64,000 bases of DNA from an uncultured Alphaproteobacteria bacterium (GCA_963817705.1 CAWFPF010000007.1:7275-71274), one strand, 5' to 3'. Shown: positions 19,702 through 30,416, numbered from the stretch's first letter. Translations and numbers: made by a program. The notes: generated from the sequence alone by a model not told the origin.

Positions 19702-22700
19702 ATGCGTAGCGGCGTCCTTCGAGAGAGCGGACAGAGCGGCTTGCTGATCGATCTGGCTTCCTCCGAAGCCGGCGCCTGGGATTGGGACATGCGCGACGAA
19801 CGGCCGCTTTGGTCCCTGGAGACTTTTCGCCAATTCGGTCTAGACCCTGCTGGTGGCGTTCCTCCTCTACGCGAGTGGCTTGAGCGATGCGTTCACCCCG
19901 ACGATCATCATCATTGTGAGCGCCGCGCCCATGCCGTGCTCGGCGGCGAAGAAACAGCGTTCACGCTTGAATACCGCGCGATCCACCCCGAACGCGGCGT
20001 TCGCTGGATTACAACGCGCGGCCGGATCTTCCGTGCCGCGGACGGCAAACCTTTACGAATGAGCGGCCTTAACTTCGATATCACCGAACAGAAGGAGATC
20101 GAAGACACTCATCGGGCCCGGGAGGAGCGGCCGGATTGGGCACGCCAAGCTTCCCCCGGTCTCACTGGCCGCTCGTTTTCCGAGGTTATGGCGGAACAAG
20201 CCGAGGCGCGCCGGAGACTCGCCTTGAGCGAGGCGCGTTTTCGCACGGTATTCGAAAATGCCGCGGCCGGCATGGCGCAGGTCGGGCCCGGCGGCGCCTT
20301 GCTTGCTGTCAACAAGCGGCTCTGCGAGATGCTCGGCTATTCGGCAGCCGAGCTTCTCACCAAGAGGTTCCATGACATCACGCACCCGGAGGACCTCGAA
20401 GCCAATTTGACTTACGTGCAGCGCCTGCTCGACGGCGTTGCCGACACCTATTCGATGGAAAAGCGCTACCAGCGAAAGGACGGCTCGATCTTCTGGGCGA
20501 GACTGACGGCGGGGTGCTTGCGCAAGGCAGACCGCGCCGTCGATTTTTTCATCAATGTTGTGCAGGACATTTCTGAGCGCAAGCGGGCTGAAATCGCCTT
20601 ACGCGAGAGCGAGGAAAGGCTCGCCGCGGCGCTGAGAGCAGGCAAGCTCGGTGTTTACGACTACGATCCACGCACCGGCCTCATCGAGTGGGACTCGACC
20701 CTTCGCCAGATTTGGGGCGTGCCCGCCGGCGAAACCGTCACCCTTGAGACCTTCGAGGCGGGCCTTCATCCCGAGGATCTCGCGCCGGTCCGCGCGGCGA
20801 TGAGCCGGTCTTACGAGCCGGATGGCACACGCCATTACGACGCCGAATACCGGGTCATCAACCGGGTCGATGGCTCGGTCCGTTGGGTCTTTGCCGATGG
20901 CGATGTCTTCTTCGATGGGGAGACACCTTGCCGGATGGTCGGCATCGCGCAAGACATCACCGAAAGCAGGCGGGCCAAGGATCGGCTCCGCGAAAGCGAG
21001 GAGAGGCTCGCCGCGGCGCTGCGTGCAGGCAAACTCGGTGTCCACGATTACGATCCACGCACGGGTTTGATAAAATGGGACGCGACGCTTCGCCGTCTTT
21101 GGGGCGTGTCTGACGGCGAAATCGTCACGATAGAGACCTTCGAAGCCGGCCTTCATCCTGACGACCTCGCCACAGTCAGGGAGGCGATTGCCCGATCATT
21201 CGATCCGGATGGTACGCGCCATTACGAAGGCGAGTACCGGGTCGTCAACCGGATCGACGGATCCATCCGTTGGGTTTTCGCCGATGGCGACGTTTCCTTC
21301 GACGGGGAAACGCCTTGCCGCATCGTTGGCATCGCCCAAGACATCACGGAGCGAAAGAATGCCAAAGAAGCCCTGCGCGAAAGCGAGAAGCGGCTCCGCT
21401 ATGCTTTGAATGCAGCGTCGGCTGGCATCTGGGATTGGGACATCCGCTCGGGTAACGCCCACTGGTCCCCTGAAGACTACGCGCTTTACGGCCGTGAGCA
21501 GACAGGCGCCCCCGTTACTTACTCGGACTGGGAAAGCTGCCTTCACCCCGATGATCGCGAGGCCGCCAACCTGGCCGTGAGCCGCGCCCTTGCAGGCGAG
21601 GTGCCCGAATACCGTAACGAATTCCGGGTTATTCACCCGGACGGTACGGTACGCTGGCTTCTAGCCCTCGGCCAAGTGGATCGCGAAGCGGATGGCACGC
21701 CCTCGCGGATGGTCGGCATCAACCTCGACATCACAGAGAGAAAACTTACCGATGAGGCATTGCGTGCGAGCGAGGAGCGGTACCGCGGTATCTTCCAGAA
21801 CGCCGGCACAGGCATCGCGATAGCGGACTTGGATGGCCACTTCCAGTCCTGCAATCCCGCCTACACCCGGATGATCGGATACAGCCTCGATGAACTTCAC
21901 GCGCTCAGTTTCCCCGATCTCGTGCATCCCGCAGACCGCGAAGAGAACCTCTTGCAGATCCGCCGGCTGATTGCGCAGGAAATTTCATCCTTCGAAATCG
22001 TCAACCGGAAGATCGGAAAACACGGCAAGCCCATTTGGGTGCACAAGCACGTTTCGCTGCTGCGTGACCGCGCGGGGACGCCAGCCAGCATCATTTCGCT
22101 TGTCACCGATATCACCGAGCGTAAGCAGCACGAGGAGCAGATCGCCTTGCTTTTGCGCGAGGTCACCCACCGCTCGAAGAACATCCTTTCCCTCGTGCAA
22201 GCCATCGCGTGGCACACCGCCGCCAAGACGCCGCAGGAGTTCGTGCAGCGCTTCGATGAGCGCATCAGGGCACTGGCTGTGAGCCAGGATCTTCTCGTGA
22301 CGGGGGCATGGAATGCCGCGGACCTCGAAAAGCTTATCAAATCGCAGCTCGCCCATTTCCGCGACCTGATCGGCATCCGAATCGTGCTGCAAGGGCCACC
22401 GCTTTCGGTTTCCGCATCCGCAGCTCAGGCCATCGGAATGGCGATGCATGAACTCGCCACCAATGCCGGCAAGTATGGCGCGCTTTCCAACGCGGGAGGC
22501 AAGGTGGAGATTGACTGGGACCTCGTGGCAGAAGACGGGGGCGAAGACGTTTTCGTCATGAACTGGCGGGAAAGCGGCGGCCCTCCTGTCGAAGCACCGT
22601 CAAGGCGAGGCTTTGGCTCCACTGTCCTTTGCCGCATGGCACAGGCGAGCTTGAATGCGAAAGTCGATCTCAAATTCGCACCCAGCGGCCTTTGTTGGCA

Positions 22701-22734
22701 GCTCCGGTGCCCGGCGAAGCATATTGCGGACTAA
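19702..22734 (+). CDS. Multi-PAS HWE histidine kinase (cytoplasmic)
   Basis: Six PAS/PAC modules; EVTHRSKN, MHELATNAGKYGAL and WRESGGP; start could be GTG 19666. Confidence 0.92.
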   Translation: MRSGVLRESGQSGLLIDLASSEAGAWDWDMRDERPLWSLETFRQFGLDPAGGVPPLREWLERCVHPDDHHHCERRAHAVLGGEETAFTLEYRAIHPERGVRWITTRGRIFRAADGKPLRMSGLNFDITEQKEIEDTHRAREERPDWARQASPGLTGRSFSEVMAEQAEARRRLALSEARFRTVFENAAAGMAQVGPGGALLAVNKRLCEMLGYSAAELLTKRFHDITHPEDLEANLTYVQRLLDGVADTYSMEKRYQRKDGSIFWARLTAGCLRKADRAVDFFINVVQDISERKRAEIALRESEERLAAALRAGKLGVYDYDPRTGLIEWDSTLRQIWGVPAGETVTLETFEAGLHPEDLAPVRAAMSRSYEPDGTRHYDAEYRVINRVDGSVRWVFADGDVFFDGETPCRMVGIAQDITESRRAKDRLRESEERLAAALRAGKLGVHDYDPRTGLIKWDATLRRLWGVSDGEIVTIETFEAGLHPDDLATVREAIARSFDPDGTRHYEGEYRVVNRIDGSIRWVFADGDVSFDGETPCRIVGIAQDITERKNAKEALRESEKRLRYALNAASAGIWDWDIRSGNAHWSPEDYALYGREQTGAPVTYSDWESCLHPDDREAANLAVSRALAGEVPEYRNEFRVIHPDGTVRWLLALGQVDREADGTPSRMVGINLDITERKLTDEALRASEERYRGIFQNAGTGIAIADLDGHFQSCNPAYTRMIGYSLDELHALSFPDLVHPADREENLLQIRRLIAQEISSFEIVNRKIGKHGKPIWVHKHVSLLRDRAGTPASIISLVTDITERKQHEEQIALLLREVTHRSKNILSLVQAIAWHTAAKTPQEFVQRFDERIRALAVSQDLLVTGAWNAADLEKLIKSQLAHFRDLIGIRIVLQGPPLSVSASAAQAIGMAMHELATNAGKYGALSNAGGKVEIDWDLVAEDGGEDVFVMNWRESGGPPVEAPSRRGFGSTVLCRMAQASLNAKVDLKFAPSGLCWQLRCPAKHIAD
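20602..21375 (+). repeat. Tandem 387-bp duplication of a PAS-PAC module inside the kinase
   Basis: Units start at 20602 and 20989 (RESEERLAAALRAGKLGV...SVRWVFADGDVFFDGETPCRMVGIAQDITE vs ...SIRWVFADGDVSFDGETPCRIVGIAQDITE). Confidence 0.9.
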
Positions 22735-22769
22735 CCCGATCTCGCAGGAGCCGAAGAAGGAAGACCAGC

Positions 22770-22985
22770 ATGGCCATCATAACGCCAGAAAGCAAAATCG
22801 AGGTGCTCGGCTTATCGGAACACGCCGCCACTTGCCTGAGACAGGCCGGCATCCTCTTTGTCTGCGACCTCTTGCAAAAGGCGGGCGCTGAATTGCGGAT
22901 TACATGCGATCAGGAGGCCATGGACGAAATCAAGAATGTCCTCGCGAGGGCGGGTCTACGCATCGGCGAGGGTCTCGGAGACTGA
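22770..22985 (+). CDS. Stand-alone RNA polymerase alpha-subunit C-terminal domain-like protein
   Basis: IEVLGLSEHAATCLRQAGILFVCDLLQKAGAEL...MDEIKNVLARAGLRIG aligns by eye with the alpha-CTD pattern; 71 aa. Confidence 0.78.
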   Translation: MAIITPESKIEVLGLSEHAATCLRQAGILFVCDLLQKAGAELRITCDQEAMDEIKNVLARAGLRIGEGLGD

Positions 22986-23018
22986 CGGCCTTGGCCTCCG
23001 GATTGGCTCGCGCAAGCT

Positions 23019-24140
23019 TTACGATGCTGGCGTAACGCTGACAATTTGAAGTCTTGTAGACTTGCCCTCCGGCGTGCGATGTACCCCCGCTCGAAGGGAT
23101 CGCGACGGCTTCAACAGCGAGCGATAGAGGCTGGCGTAATCGTTGGCCATCCGCGCCGCGGTGAAGCGTTCTTCGAACCGCCGGCGCACTTTTTTGCGGT
23201 CGAGCCCAATGACACGCGGCAGCGCCGCAATGGCCTCTTCGACGGTTCTCACGATCGCGCCGGTGAGGCCGTCCTCGACGATCTCCGGAACCGAGCCACA
23301 GCGAAACGCCAGCACGGGCGTACCGCAGGCCATGGCTTCGATCATGACAAGGCCGAAGGGTTCAGGCCAGTCGATGGGGACGAGCAGGGCGAGCGCCCCG
23401 CCTAAAAACTCCGCCTTCTGTCCTTCGCCGATCTCGCCGATGAATTCAACGCTGCCGCATTCGAGCAGAGGGCGGATTTCGGTCTGGAAATAATCGGCAT
23501 CGGCCTTGTCGACCTTCGCGGCAATCCTCAGCGGAAGTCCGGCATTGGCTGCAATCTTGATTGCGCGATCGAGCCCCTTTTCTGGCGACGTCCGGCCGAG
23601 AAAGGCGAGATAGGTCTGATCGGCCATTGCGGGCTTTAGGAGACCGGAGGGAAGTCCATGCGGCACGGTGCCGATCCAGTTCGCGTTAGGCAAGGGAAGG
23701 CGCTGCGCGTCCGAGATCGATACAAGCGGGGCATTGGGGAACGCTTCGAAGATAGGTTGAAGCTCCGGAAGGTCCAGCCGTCCATGAAGGGTCGTCACAA
23801 AGGGAGTTCCCAACCTGGAAAAAACAGAGAACGGATGATAGTCCAAATGAAAATGAAGGATGTCGAAATCCCGCGCACGGCGCGCCACAAATTCCAGCAT
23901 GAGCGCATCGAGCGCCCGTGGATCGCGGGTGGCGCCGTCCAACCGCAAAGCGCGCGGCCACACAGGTTCAAGCTTGGCGGCCGTGACGGAGTCTCCGCTC
24001 GCAAACAGAGTGACATCGTGGCCTTGCTCGACGAGAGCTTCCGTGAGCCATGAGACCACTCGCTCGGTGCCGCCATAAAGCTTCGGAGGCACGGCTTCCG
24101 TTAGCGGCGCGATTTGCGCGATCCGCATTCCCGTTTCCAT
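23019..24140 (-). CDS. Glycosyltransferase family 4
   Basis: MRIAQIAPLTEAVPPKLYGGTERV and WPEPFGLVMIEAMACGTPV motifs. Confidence 0.93.
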   Translation of the reverse strand: METGMRIAQIAPLTEAVPPKLYGGTERVVSWLTEALVEQGHDVTLFASGDSVTAAKLEPVWPRALRLDGATRDPRALDALMLEFVARRARDFDILHFHLDYHPFSVFSRLGTPFVTTLHGRLDLPELQPIFEAFPNAPLVSISDAQRLPLPNANWIGTVPHGLPSGLLKPAMADQTYLAFLGRTSPEKGLDRAIKIAANAGLPLRIAAKVDKADADYFQTEIRPLLECGSVEFIGEIGEGQKAEFLGGALALLVPIDWPEPFGLVMIEAMACGTPVLAFRCGSVPEIVEDGLTGAIVRTVEEAIAALPRVIGLDRKKVRRRFEERFTAARMANDYASLYRSLLKPSRSLRAGVHRTPEGKSTRLQIVSVTPAS

Positions 24141-24305
24141 GAATATCGTCCTTGTTATCGCGCATCCAGGCGGCGCGTTGCCTTCCTGGGTTTGAAGTAG
24201 CGCCAGGATAAAAAGTGTTGATGTTAGGGAAGCGCGAAGAACAGCTTTCCGCACAGCTGTGCAGTTTAGGGGAGCGGGCTGGACGCCGCTCCCGGGCGCT
24301 GAACG

Positions 24306-24692
24306 CTAATTGCTAACCTTCGGCAGTTGCTTTGCCGCCGCAGCCGTCAGATCGAGCACGACGCGGTCGCTCTGCAAACTGAACTGGGCTGCCGGAACGG
24401 AGATTTCATGTTGGCCGATGCCCAGAAAGCCGCCGATCTCGGCGCGCAATTCCGTGATCTTGTTGTCGGCGGATCGCATGATGGAAGCGACTTCACCGAG
24501 ATTGCTGCCATCGCTGCTATAGACGGGCTTGCCCACCCAGGCCTGAGCCTCCGGCGTGGTGAGTATCGAAACGGCACCCATTTGAGTGGAAGGCGCGCTC
24601 GTTGCTTTCGAAGGAGAGTTGACGTCTTCGGCACTTGCCGGCAGCGCGATGACTGCGGCAAGAGCAGCCGCAAGTGTTAGCGTACGCATCAT
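24306..24692 (-). CDS. Secreted PRC-barrel domain protein
   Basis: Signal peptide; WVGKPVYSSDGSNLGEV...IGGFLGIGQHEISVP. Confidence 0.9.
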   Translation of the reverse strand: MMRTLTLAAALAAVIALPASAEDVNSPSKATSAPSTQMGAVSILTTPEAQAWVGKPVYSSDGSNLGEVASIMRSADNKITELRAEIGGFLGIGQHEISVPAAQFSLQSDRVVLDLTAAAAKQLPKVSN

Positions 24693-24741
24693 GATATAAA
24701 CTCCTAATATGGGGCGGCTGGCCCGCCGCGCACTTTTGTTA

Positions 24742-24766
24742 AAGGAAATATCGAACGGATCGTTCC
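24742..24766 (-). promoter_or_regulatory. EcfG-like promoter variant
   Basis: GGAAC-N16-CCTT upstream of the PRC-barrel gene; same variant as at 18343. Confidence 0.45.
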
Positions 24767-24982
24767 AATTAGCGAAAAAAGAGATGGGAATTGAAATTTT
24801 GACGCCACGGCCAGTTGGCTGCGGGAAAGGAGGCCGCGCGATTGCGCCCCGGGTTCGAGGCTGAGCTGGCGCGGCTCTAGGCTACGGGCGAACAACCGCG
24901 GCGCGATCGTTCCAAAATGCGGCGAAAGAACCCTCCCCGGCTGGAGGTAGGACCTACGGAGAGGGAGTGCGAAAGGCGATGC

Positions 24983-25504
24983 TCAGCGCAACGCCATGTA
25001 GCTGGCCTGGTAGTAGTTGGGAGGTGTTCCGGGAATGGTGGGAATTGTGTGGCCGAATGCAACGTCAATAGCGGGATCGCCCCAGCCTTTCAGCCATTGC
25101 GTGAATACTTTCCAAGCTTTTTCTTCTGCGCTCCAATGAAATTGGGTGTATACGTCGGAATGCAAACCTGTGATCACCTTGACATAAGCATCGTCGTTTC
25201 CGGCTGAGATGACTTCGGTCAAGATCAAAGTGTGATCGATGGGAACAAAACGCAGGACGCCCTGGCAAGTAGCCTTTTCGCCACCCGTTTCAGCATCCGG
25301 CTGCCAAGTCAGACCATAAAGTAAAATGCCATCCCCATTGCTCTTGCGGCCGCAGCGAACAGCAACCACACTGCCATTGGTCGCGATTCTATAGTCTCGC
25401 AATTGATCCAATGTCAGGTCATGTGCCACAGCGCCAGAGACACTCTGCACTTCGACGATGTCTGTATTGGTACCCGAATAAGATACAGTTAGACCACGGG
25501 CCAT
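24983..25504 (-). CDS. Orphan hypothetical protein (173 aa, lower GC)
   Basis: AAAGGAACTAAA RBS; beta-rich, Trp/Tyr-rich sequence; no family recognised. Confidence 0.7.
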   Translation of the reverse strand: MARGLTVSYSGTNTDIVEVQSVSGAVAHDLTLDQLRDYRIATNGSVVAVRCGRKSNGDGILLYGLTWQPDAETGGEKATCQGVLRFVPIDHTLILTEVISAGNDDAYVKVITGLHSDVYTQFHWSAEEKAWKVFTQWLKGWGDPAIDVAFGHTIPTIPGTPPNYYQASYMALR

Positions 25505-25857
25505 TTTAGTTCCTTTATGTTGGGTGCGCGGAGTTGCAGGAAGGCTTCATTCCGAGGTGAGACGAGCTTGCGGGTAGTAACATGGACTGAAGCGCTTTTG
25601 GATAGTCAAGTCAACGCTGTATCCCCAAACGCGGGCGCCGGATACGCCAGCCGCAGCCCCAGGCTCCGTTCCCCGCATTCATCGGCATGAGATTCAAAAG
25701 CGAGCCAACTGAGCAGGTTGGGTTTCCCTCAAGTCCCTTGCGTTTCGCAATCTAGATCATGAATGCCGGCTTGTGGAGTGTCTTGTATCGCCAGGCTGCG
25801 GCGCGCTGCCGCAGGCCCGGCACCGCTTCTGCGGCAAGCAGCCGCAACGCGCCGGCT

Positions 25858-27672
25858 TTAGGCCTCGCTCTGACCCGCATGCCGGCGCTGATGCGCGGGC
25901 TTGTCCGCAGCGGCGAGGTTTTGCGCCGTATTCACGAGCGCGACCTGCGAGAATGCTTGCGGGAAGTTGCCGAGCATCCGGCCGGAACCCGAATCGTACT
26001 CTTCCGAAAGCAATCCTACATCGTTGCGCAGTGTGAGAAGGTACTCGAACAGCTCCCTGGCCTCGTCAGTGCGCCCGAGCAATATCAGATTGTCGGCGTA
26101 CCAGAAGCTGCAGGCGAGGAAAAGGCCCTCGCCCCCTCTGAGGCCGTCGGTCCCGGCGCGCGGGTTGTACCGCCGGATCAGCCGGCCATCGGTGAGCCGT
26201 TCGCCGATTGCTTCGATCGTGGACCGCACCCTTGGATCTCCCGGCGGCAGGAAGCCGACGAGCGGGATCAGGAGCGCACCCGCGTCGAGTTCTTCCGAGC
26301 CGTAGCTCTGAACGAAGGCTCCGATTTTCGGGTCGAAGCCCTCATTGCAGACTTGATCGTGAATCTGCTGGCGCACGGAGCGCCAACGCTCCAAGGGCCC
26401 TTTGAGCCGGAAGCGCTCCGCCATCTTGATCGCCCGGTCGAATGCGACCCACGCCATGACCTTCGAATGCGTGAAATGGCGAGGGCCGCCGCGGACCTCC
26501 CACAAACCTTCGTCGGGCTCCTGCCAGACATCCTCCAGATGCCTCGTCAAAAGACACTGCAAGGGCCAAGCCTCATGACTTGGGTCGAGGCCGCCCATGG
26601 CGCTGTGAAAAAGTGCGTCCATGACTTCGCCGTAAACGTCGAGCTGCAACTGATCCGACGCCGCGTTGCCGATGCGCACCGGCCGCGAATTCTCAAAACC
26701 CGCTAGCCAGGGGATTTCGCTTTCGACGAGGCGGCGTTCTCCACCCAACCCATAGACGATTTGCATTTGCTGCGGCGAGCCGGCGACAGCGCGCTGTAGC
26801 CAGATGCGAAACTCCGACGCCTCCCGGCGGAAACCCGAATTGAGGAGCGCGAGGAGCGTGAAGGTCGCATCGCGAAGCCAGCAGTAGCGGTAGTCCCAGT
26901 TGCGGACGCCGCCAATCTCCTCAGGGAGTGAAGTGGTTGGAGCCGCGACAATGCCCCCCGTTAACGGGTAAGTCAGCGCCTTCAACGTGATCAGAGACCG
27001 GAGCACGGCATCGGAATAGGCGGTCCCGGCCAGGTTGAAATCCCTCTGCCAGAGGTCCCATGAGCTTTGAGTCTCGTCCAAGGCCGCCTTGGCATCGATC
27101 GGTGCCGGATTGGGCCTAAACGACCGGCCATAGCTGAGGACAAAGGAGACGGTCTCGCCGGCAGCGACCGTAAATGTCCCGCGGTGACGATACCCATCGG
27201 CCACCAGCGGCACGTCCGTGCGCAAAACGGCCTTGTCCGGCCCCGCCACGCCTTCGAGCCCGCAGCCGTCGATTTGGGTGATCCAGGGGACGATGAGGCC
27301 ATAATCGAAGCGGAGCACGAATTCGGTCGTCATCTCCACATGGCCGCCCTGCCCCTGAACGAGCCTGACCACGTGGCTGCTGCCGCCATCGCGAAGCGGC
27401 ATGAAATCGGTCACGGTCGCGGCGCCGGTTGCTGTTTCGATATGCGTTTCGAGGATCAACGAGTTACCGCGGTATCGCCGGGTGACGGCCGCATCCTTCG
27501 ACTCGGCGCCCAGGCGCCAGCAGCCATTTTCTGGCCCGCCGAGCAGGCTTGAGAAGACGGAGCCCGAGTCGAAGCGCGGCCAGCAAAGCCAGTCTATCGA
27601 GCCGTCGCGTCCAACGAGCGCCGCGCTTTCGCAGTCACCAATAAGGGCATAATCCTCGATCCGTTTTGCCAT
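25858..27672 (-). CDS. Glycoside hydrolase family 15 (glucoamylase/trehalase-like)
   Basis: IEDYALIGD, AAPTTSLPE, RNWDYRYCWLRDA, GLLSEEYD and GNFPQAFS motifs. Confidence 0.94.
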   Translation of the reverse strand: MAKRIEDYALIGDCESAALVGRDGSIDWLCWPRFDSGSVFSSLLGGPENGCWRLGAESKDAAVTRRYRGNSLILETHIETATGAATVTDFMPLRDGGSSHVVRLVQGQGGHVEMTTEFVLRFDYGLIVPWITQIDGCGLEGVAGPDKAVLRTDVPLVADGYRHRGTFTVAAGETVSFVLSYGRSFRPNPAPIDAKAALDETQSSWDLWQRDFNLAGTAYSDAVLRSLITLKALTYPLTGGIVAAPTTSLPEEIGGVRNWDYRYCWLRDATFTLLALLNSGFRREASEFRIWLQRAVAGSPQQMQIVYGLGGERRLVESEIPWLAGFENSRPVRIGNAASDQLQLDVYGEVMDALFHSAMGGLDPSHEAWPLQCLLTRHLEDVWQEPDEGLWEVRGGPRHFTHSKVMAWVAFDRAIKMAERFRLKGPLERWRSVRQQIHDQVCNEGFDPKIGAFVQSYGSEELDAGALLIPLVGFLPPGDPRVRSTIEAIGERLTDGRLIRRYNPRAGTDGLRGGEGLFLACSFWYADNLILLGRTDEARELFEYLLTLRNDVGLLSEEYDSGSGRMLGNFPQAFSQVALVNTAQNLAAADKPAHQRRHAGQSEA

Positions 27673-27806
27673 AAAGCGACCCTTCCGTAGACTTAGCGAA
27701 CACGCGGGCTATGTTTGCGTTTCCGGTGTTGCAGGCGCAAGGCGGGTTGCGCGCATCGGTTCCGCTGCCAATGTTCTCCTTGAACGCCCGCCAGAGTCAT
27801 ACCTGT

Positions 27807-29538
27807 ATGAGAGATCTGTTTTCCCAGTTCTGGACCTTGACCGGTCCCTATTGGCGCTCCGAAGAGCGCGCGAAGTCCTGCCTCATCCTGCTCGCGGTCG
27901 TGGTCCTCAATCTGGGCTCGGTCTACATCATGGTTCTGATCAATCTTTGGTATGCCTTGTTCTATAACGCATTGCAGAATTGGGATTTTGCCGCGTTCAC
28001 CTACCAGATCCTCCGGTTCAGCGGGCTGGCCGCGGTTTATATCTTCGCCGGCGTCTATCAAGTTTACTTGCGGCAAATGCTGCAAATCCGCTGGCGCAAC
28101 TGGCTGACGGGGCGCTATGTCGAGCGCTGGCTGCAAAACGGCACCTTTTACCGCATGCAGCTCTCGAACGGCGGCGCCGACAACCCGGATCAGCGCATTG
28201 CCGAAGACATTAACGGCTTTGTGGGCCAAACGCTGATTCTCGGACTTGGTGTCCTGGAATCCGTTGTCACGCTCGGCTCATTTGCATTTATTCTTTGGGA
28301 GCTCTCAGGCTCCATTACCATCGCAGGTCTCACGATCCCGGGCTATATGCTCTGGGCAGCCATTCTCTACGCGATCGTCGGAACCTGGCTGACGAACCGC
28401 CTCGGCTTGCCTCTGGTGTCGCTCAACTTCCAGCAGCAGCTCTATGAGGCCAACTTACGCTTCGCGCTCGTCCGTCTGCGCGAAAACGCCGAAGGTGTCG
28501 CGCTTTACGGAGGAGAAGAGGCGGAGCAGAAGGGCATCGAGTCGCGCTTTTCCAACGTCGTCTCCAATTGGTGGGGGATCATGCGGCGGCAGAAGCTGCT
28601 GAGCTGGTTCTCTTCCGGCTACACCCAGATTGCGATTATCTTCCCCTTTGTGGTGGCGGCTCCACGCTATTTCGCGGGCGCCTTCCAACTCGGCGAGTTG
28701 ATGCAAACGGCGCAGGCCTTCGGTCAGGTTCAAACCGCGCTGTCCTGGTTCGTCACGAATTACACGAGCCTTGCCGAGTACAAAGCGACGGTCAACCGGC
28801 TGAGCGGCTTCGAGCAGGCGCTGGCCGCAACGGCGCAACCGGGCCTCCAAGGTCTCACCGAAGTCAAAGTCAAGGACGCCGCGCGCACTCTCGGTTTCAA
28901 AGGCGAACATCTATCTTCCCGACGGATCGCCGCTTCTCACCGGCCTCAATTTTCAGCTCGCCTCGGGAAGCCGGGTCCTTGTTTCGGGCCCGTCGGGCAG
29001 CGGAAAGAGCACGTTGCTGCGGACCCTTTCCGGGATTTGGCCTTATTGCGATGGCGCCATCCACCGGCCTGCCGGCGAGCGGACGCTGTTCTTCCCGCAG
29101 AAGCCCTATCTGCCGCTCGGCTCATTGAGCGGTGCGATCTGCTACCCGGACGCACCCTCCAGCCACGCGAGCGGCGATGTCGAGTCCGCGCTTGTCCTAT
29201 GCGGCTTGGAGGCCTTTGCGGCCCGGCTGCAGGAGGAGTCCAACTGGGCCCTTCAACTTTCGCCCGGCGAGCAGCAGCGCATCGCGTTCGCGCGCGCCCT
29301 GCTCTTAAGGCCGCATTGGCTTTTCCTCGACGAGGCGACGTCTGCTCTCGACGAGGAGTTTGAGGCCATGTTGTACGGGCTCATCCTGAAGACCGTACGG
29401 AATTGCGCGGTTATCAGCGTAGCACACCGCAAAAGCCTGACGCGTTTCCACGATCAGCAGATCGTCTTTACGAAATGCGGCGGCGGCTCGCAACTTCGGT
29501 ACAGCGCCGGGCTCGAAGCCGGGGCGGCACCCGTCTAG
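27807..29538 (+). CDS. Fused ABC permease/ATPase, YddA/BacA-like (ABCD type); apparent +1 frameshift at 28860-28865
   Basis: DNPDQRIAEDI and EANLRFALVRLRENAE in frame 1; GPSGSGKST and LSPGEQQRIAFAR...FLDEATS in frame 2; removing one A from GAAGTC joins them. Confidence 0.85.
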
Positions 29539-29549
29539 CGCTGCACCGT

Positions 29550-30104
29550 TTACCCGTCATCCCCCGGGTAATCTTCGCCGAAGAGGGCCGCAACAGGCAC
29601 TTCCATACCCGGCGGATTGAATGTCAGCGTGCTTGAAGCACCCATGATCGCGGTTACAATCGTCCCGTCCGGCCCGCGTCTATGGTGCAAAACGGAGCGA
29701 TCCTCGATTGTCACCAAAAGGTAATGCTGGATCGAGGGATGCCGGAAGTATTGCTTGAACTTCAACGCGAGGTCCCGCCGCTCGCTGGAGGGAGACACTA
29801 CTTCCACGACAATGACAGGGGTTGGCGCGATCAAGCTCGCGCGCGGCACCCGCTCTCCGCAATTGACGAGCGCATCGGGCTCGAAAACCGTCTCGTCGTC
29901 GATCTTGACGCCCAAACTATCGACGAACGCCTGACATTTGAGCCCATTCGATTTGATGGCGGCTTCCAATGCATTCGCGACACGCCTTTTCACGTCGCCA
30001 TGCTCCGCACGTTCGGGCGCCATCGCCATGATTTCCCCTCGCGCGAGTTGATAGCGGCCGCGCTCCTGACGCTCGGCCCAAGCAAGGAAAGTGTCCGCGT
30101 TCAT
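29550..30104 (-). CDS. Uma2 family (DUF820) PD-(D/E)XK-like endonuclease
   Basis: YQLARGEIMAMAPE, FEPDALV and VVEVVSPSS motifs; start may be GTG 30128. Confidence 0.88.
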   Translation of the reverse strand: MNADTFLAWAERQERGRYQLARGEIMAMAPERAEHGDVKRRVANALEAAIKSNGLKCQAFVDSLGVKIDDETVFEPDALVNCGERVPRASLIAPTPVIVVEVVSPSSERRDLALKFKQYFRHPSIQHYLLVTIEDRSVLHHRRGPDGTIVTAIMGASSTLTFNPPGMEVPVAALFGEDYPGDDG

Positions 30105-30416
30105 TTTTTGTTTCGCTGTCGGTTGCACCGGATAAGAATACCATTGGCAAGATGCGCGCCGCAATAGGAGTGCTTAAGCGCTAGCAGGTTTGGAGAGGTA
30201 ATAACGAGCCTGCACCAAGCAGAAGAGACGGGGGAGCGCTCTCCGCAGCCATTGGACGGCAGTAAGGTTGGCGAATCCTGACGCAGCCCCGGGTGCTTGC
30301 TGTACAATCTTTTTGTGATGAGCGGCGCCTTTCTCTTGCCTTTTTGGCGCTGAGGTTCCTTCTAAACGCAATGAAGAGACTCGCCGATGGCGGCGAGATA
30401 CGCAAAACGGTGGTGG

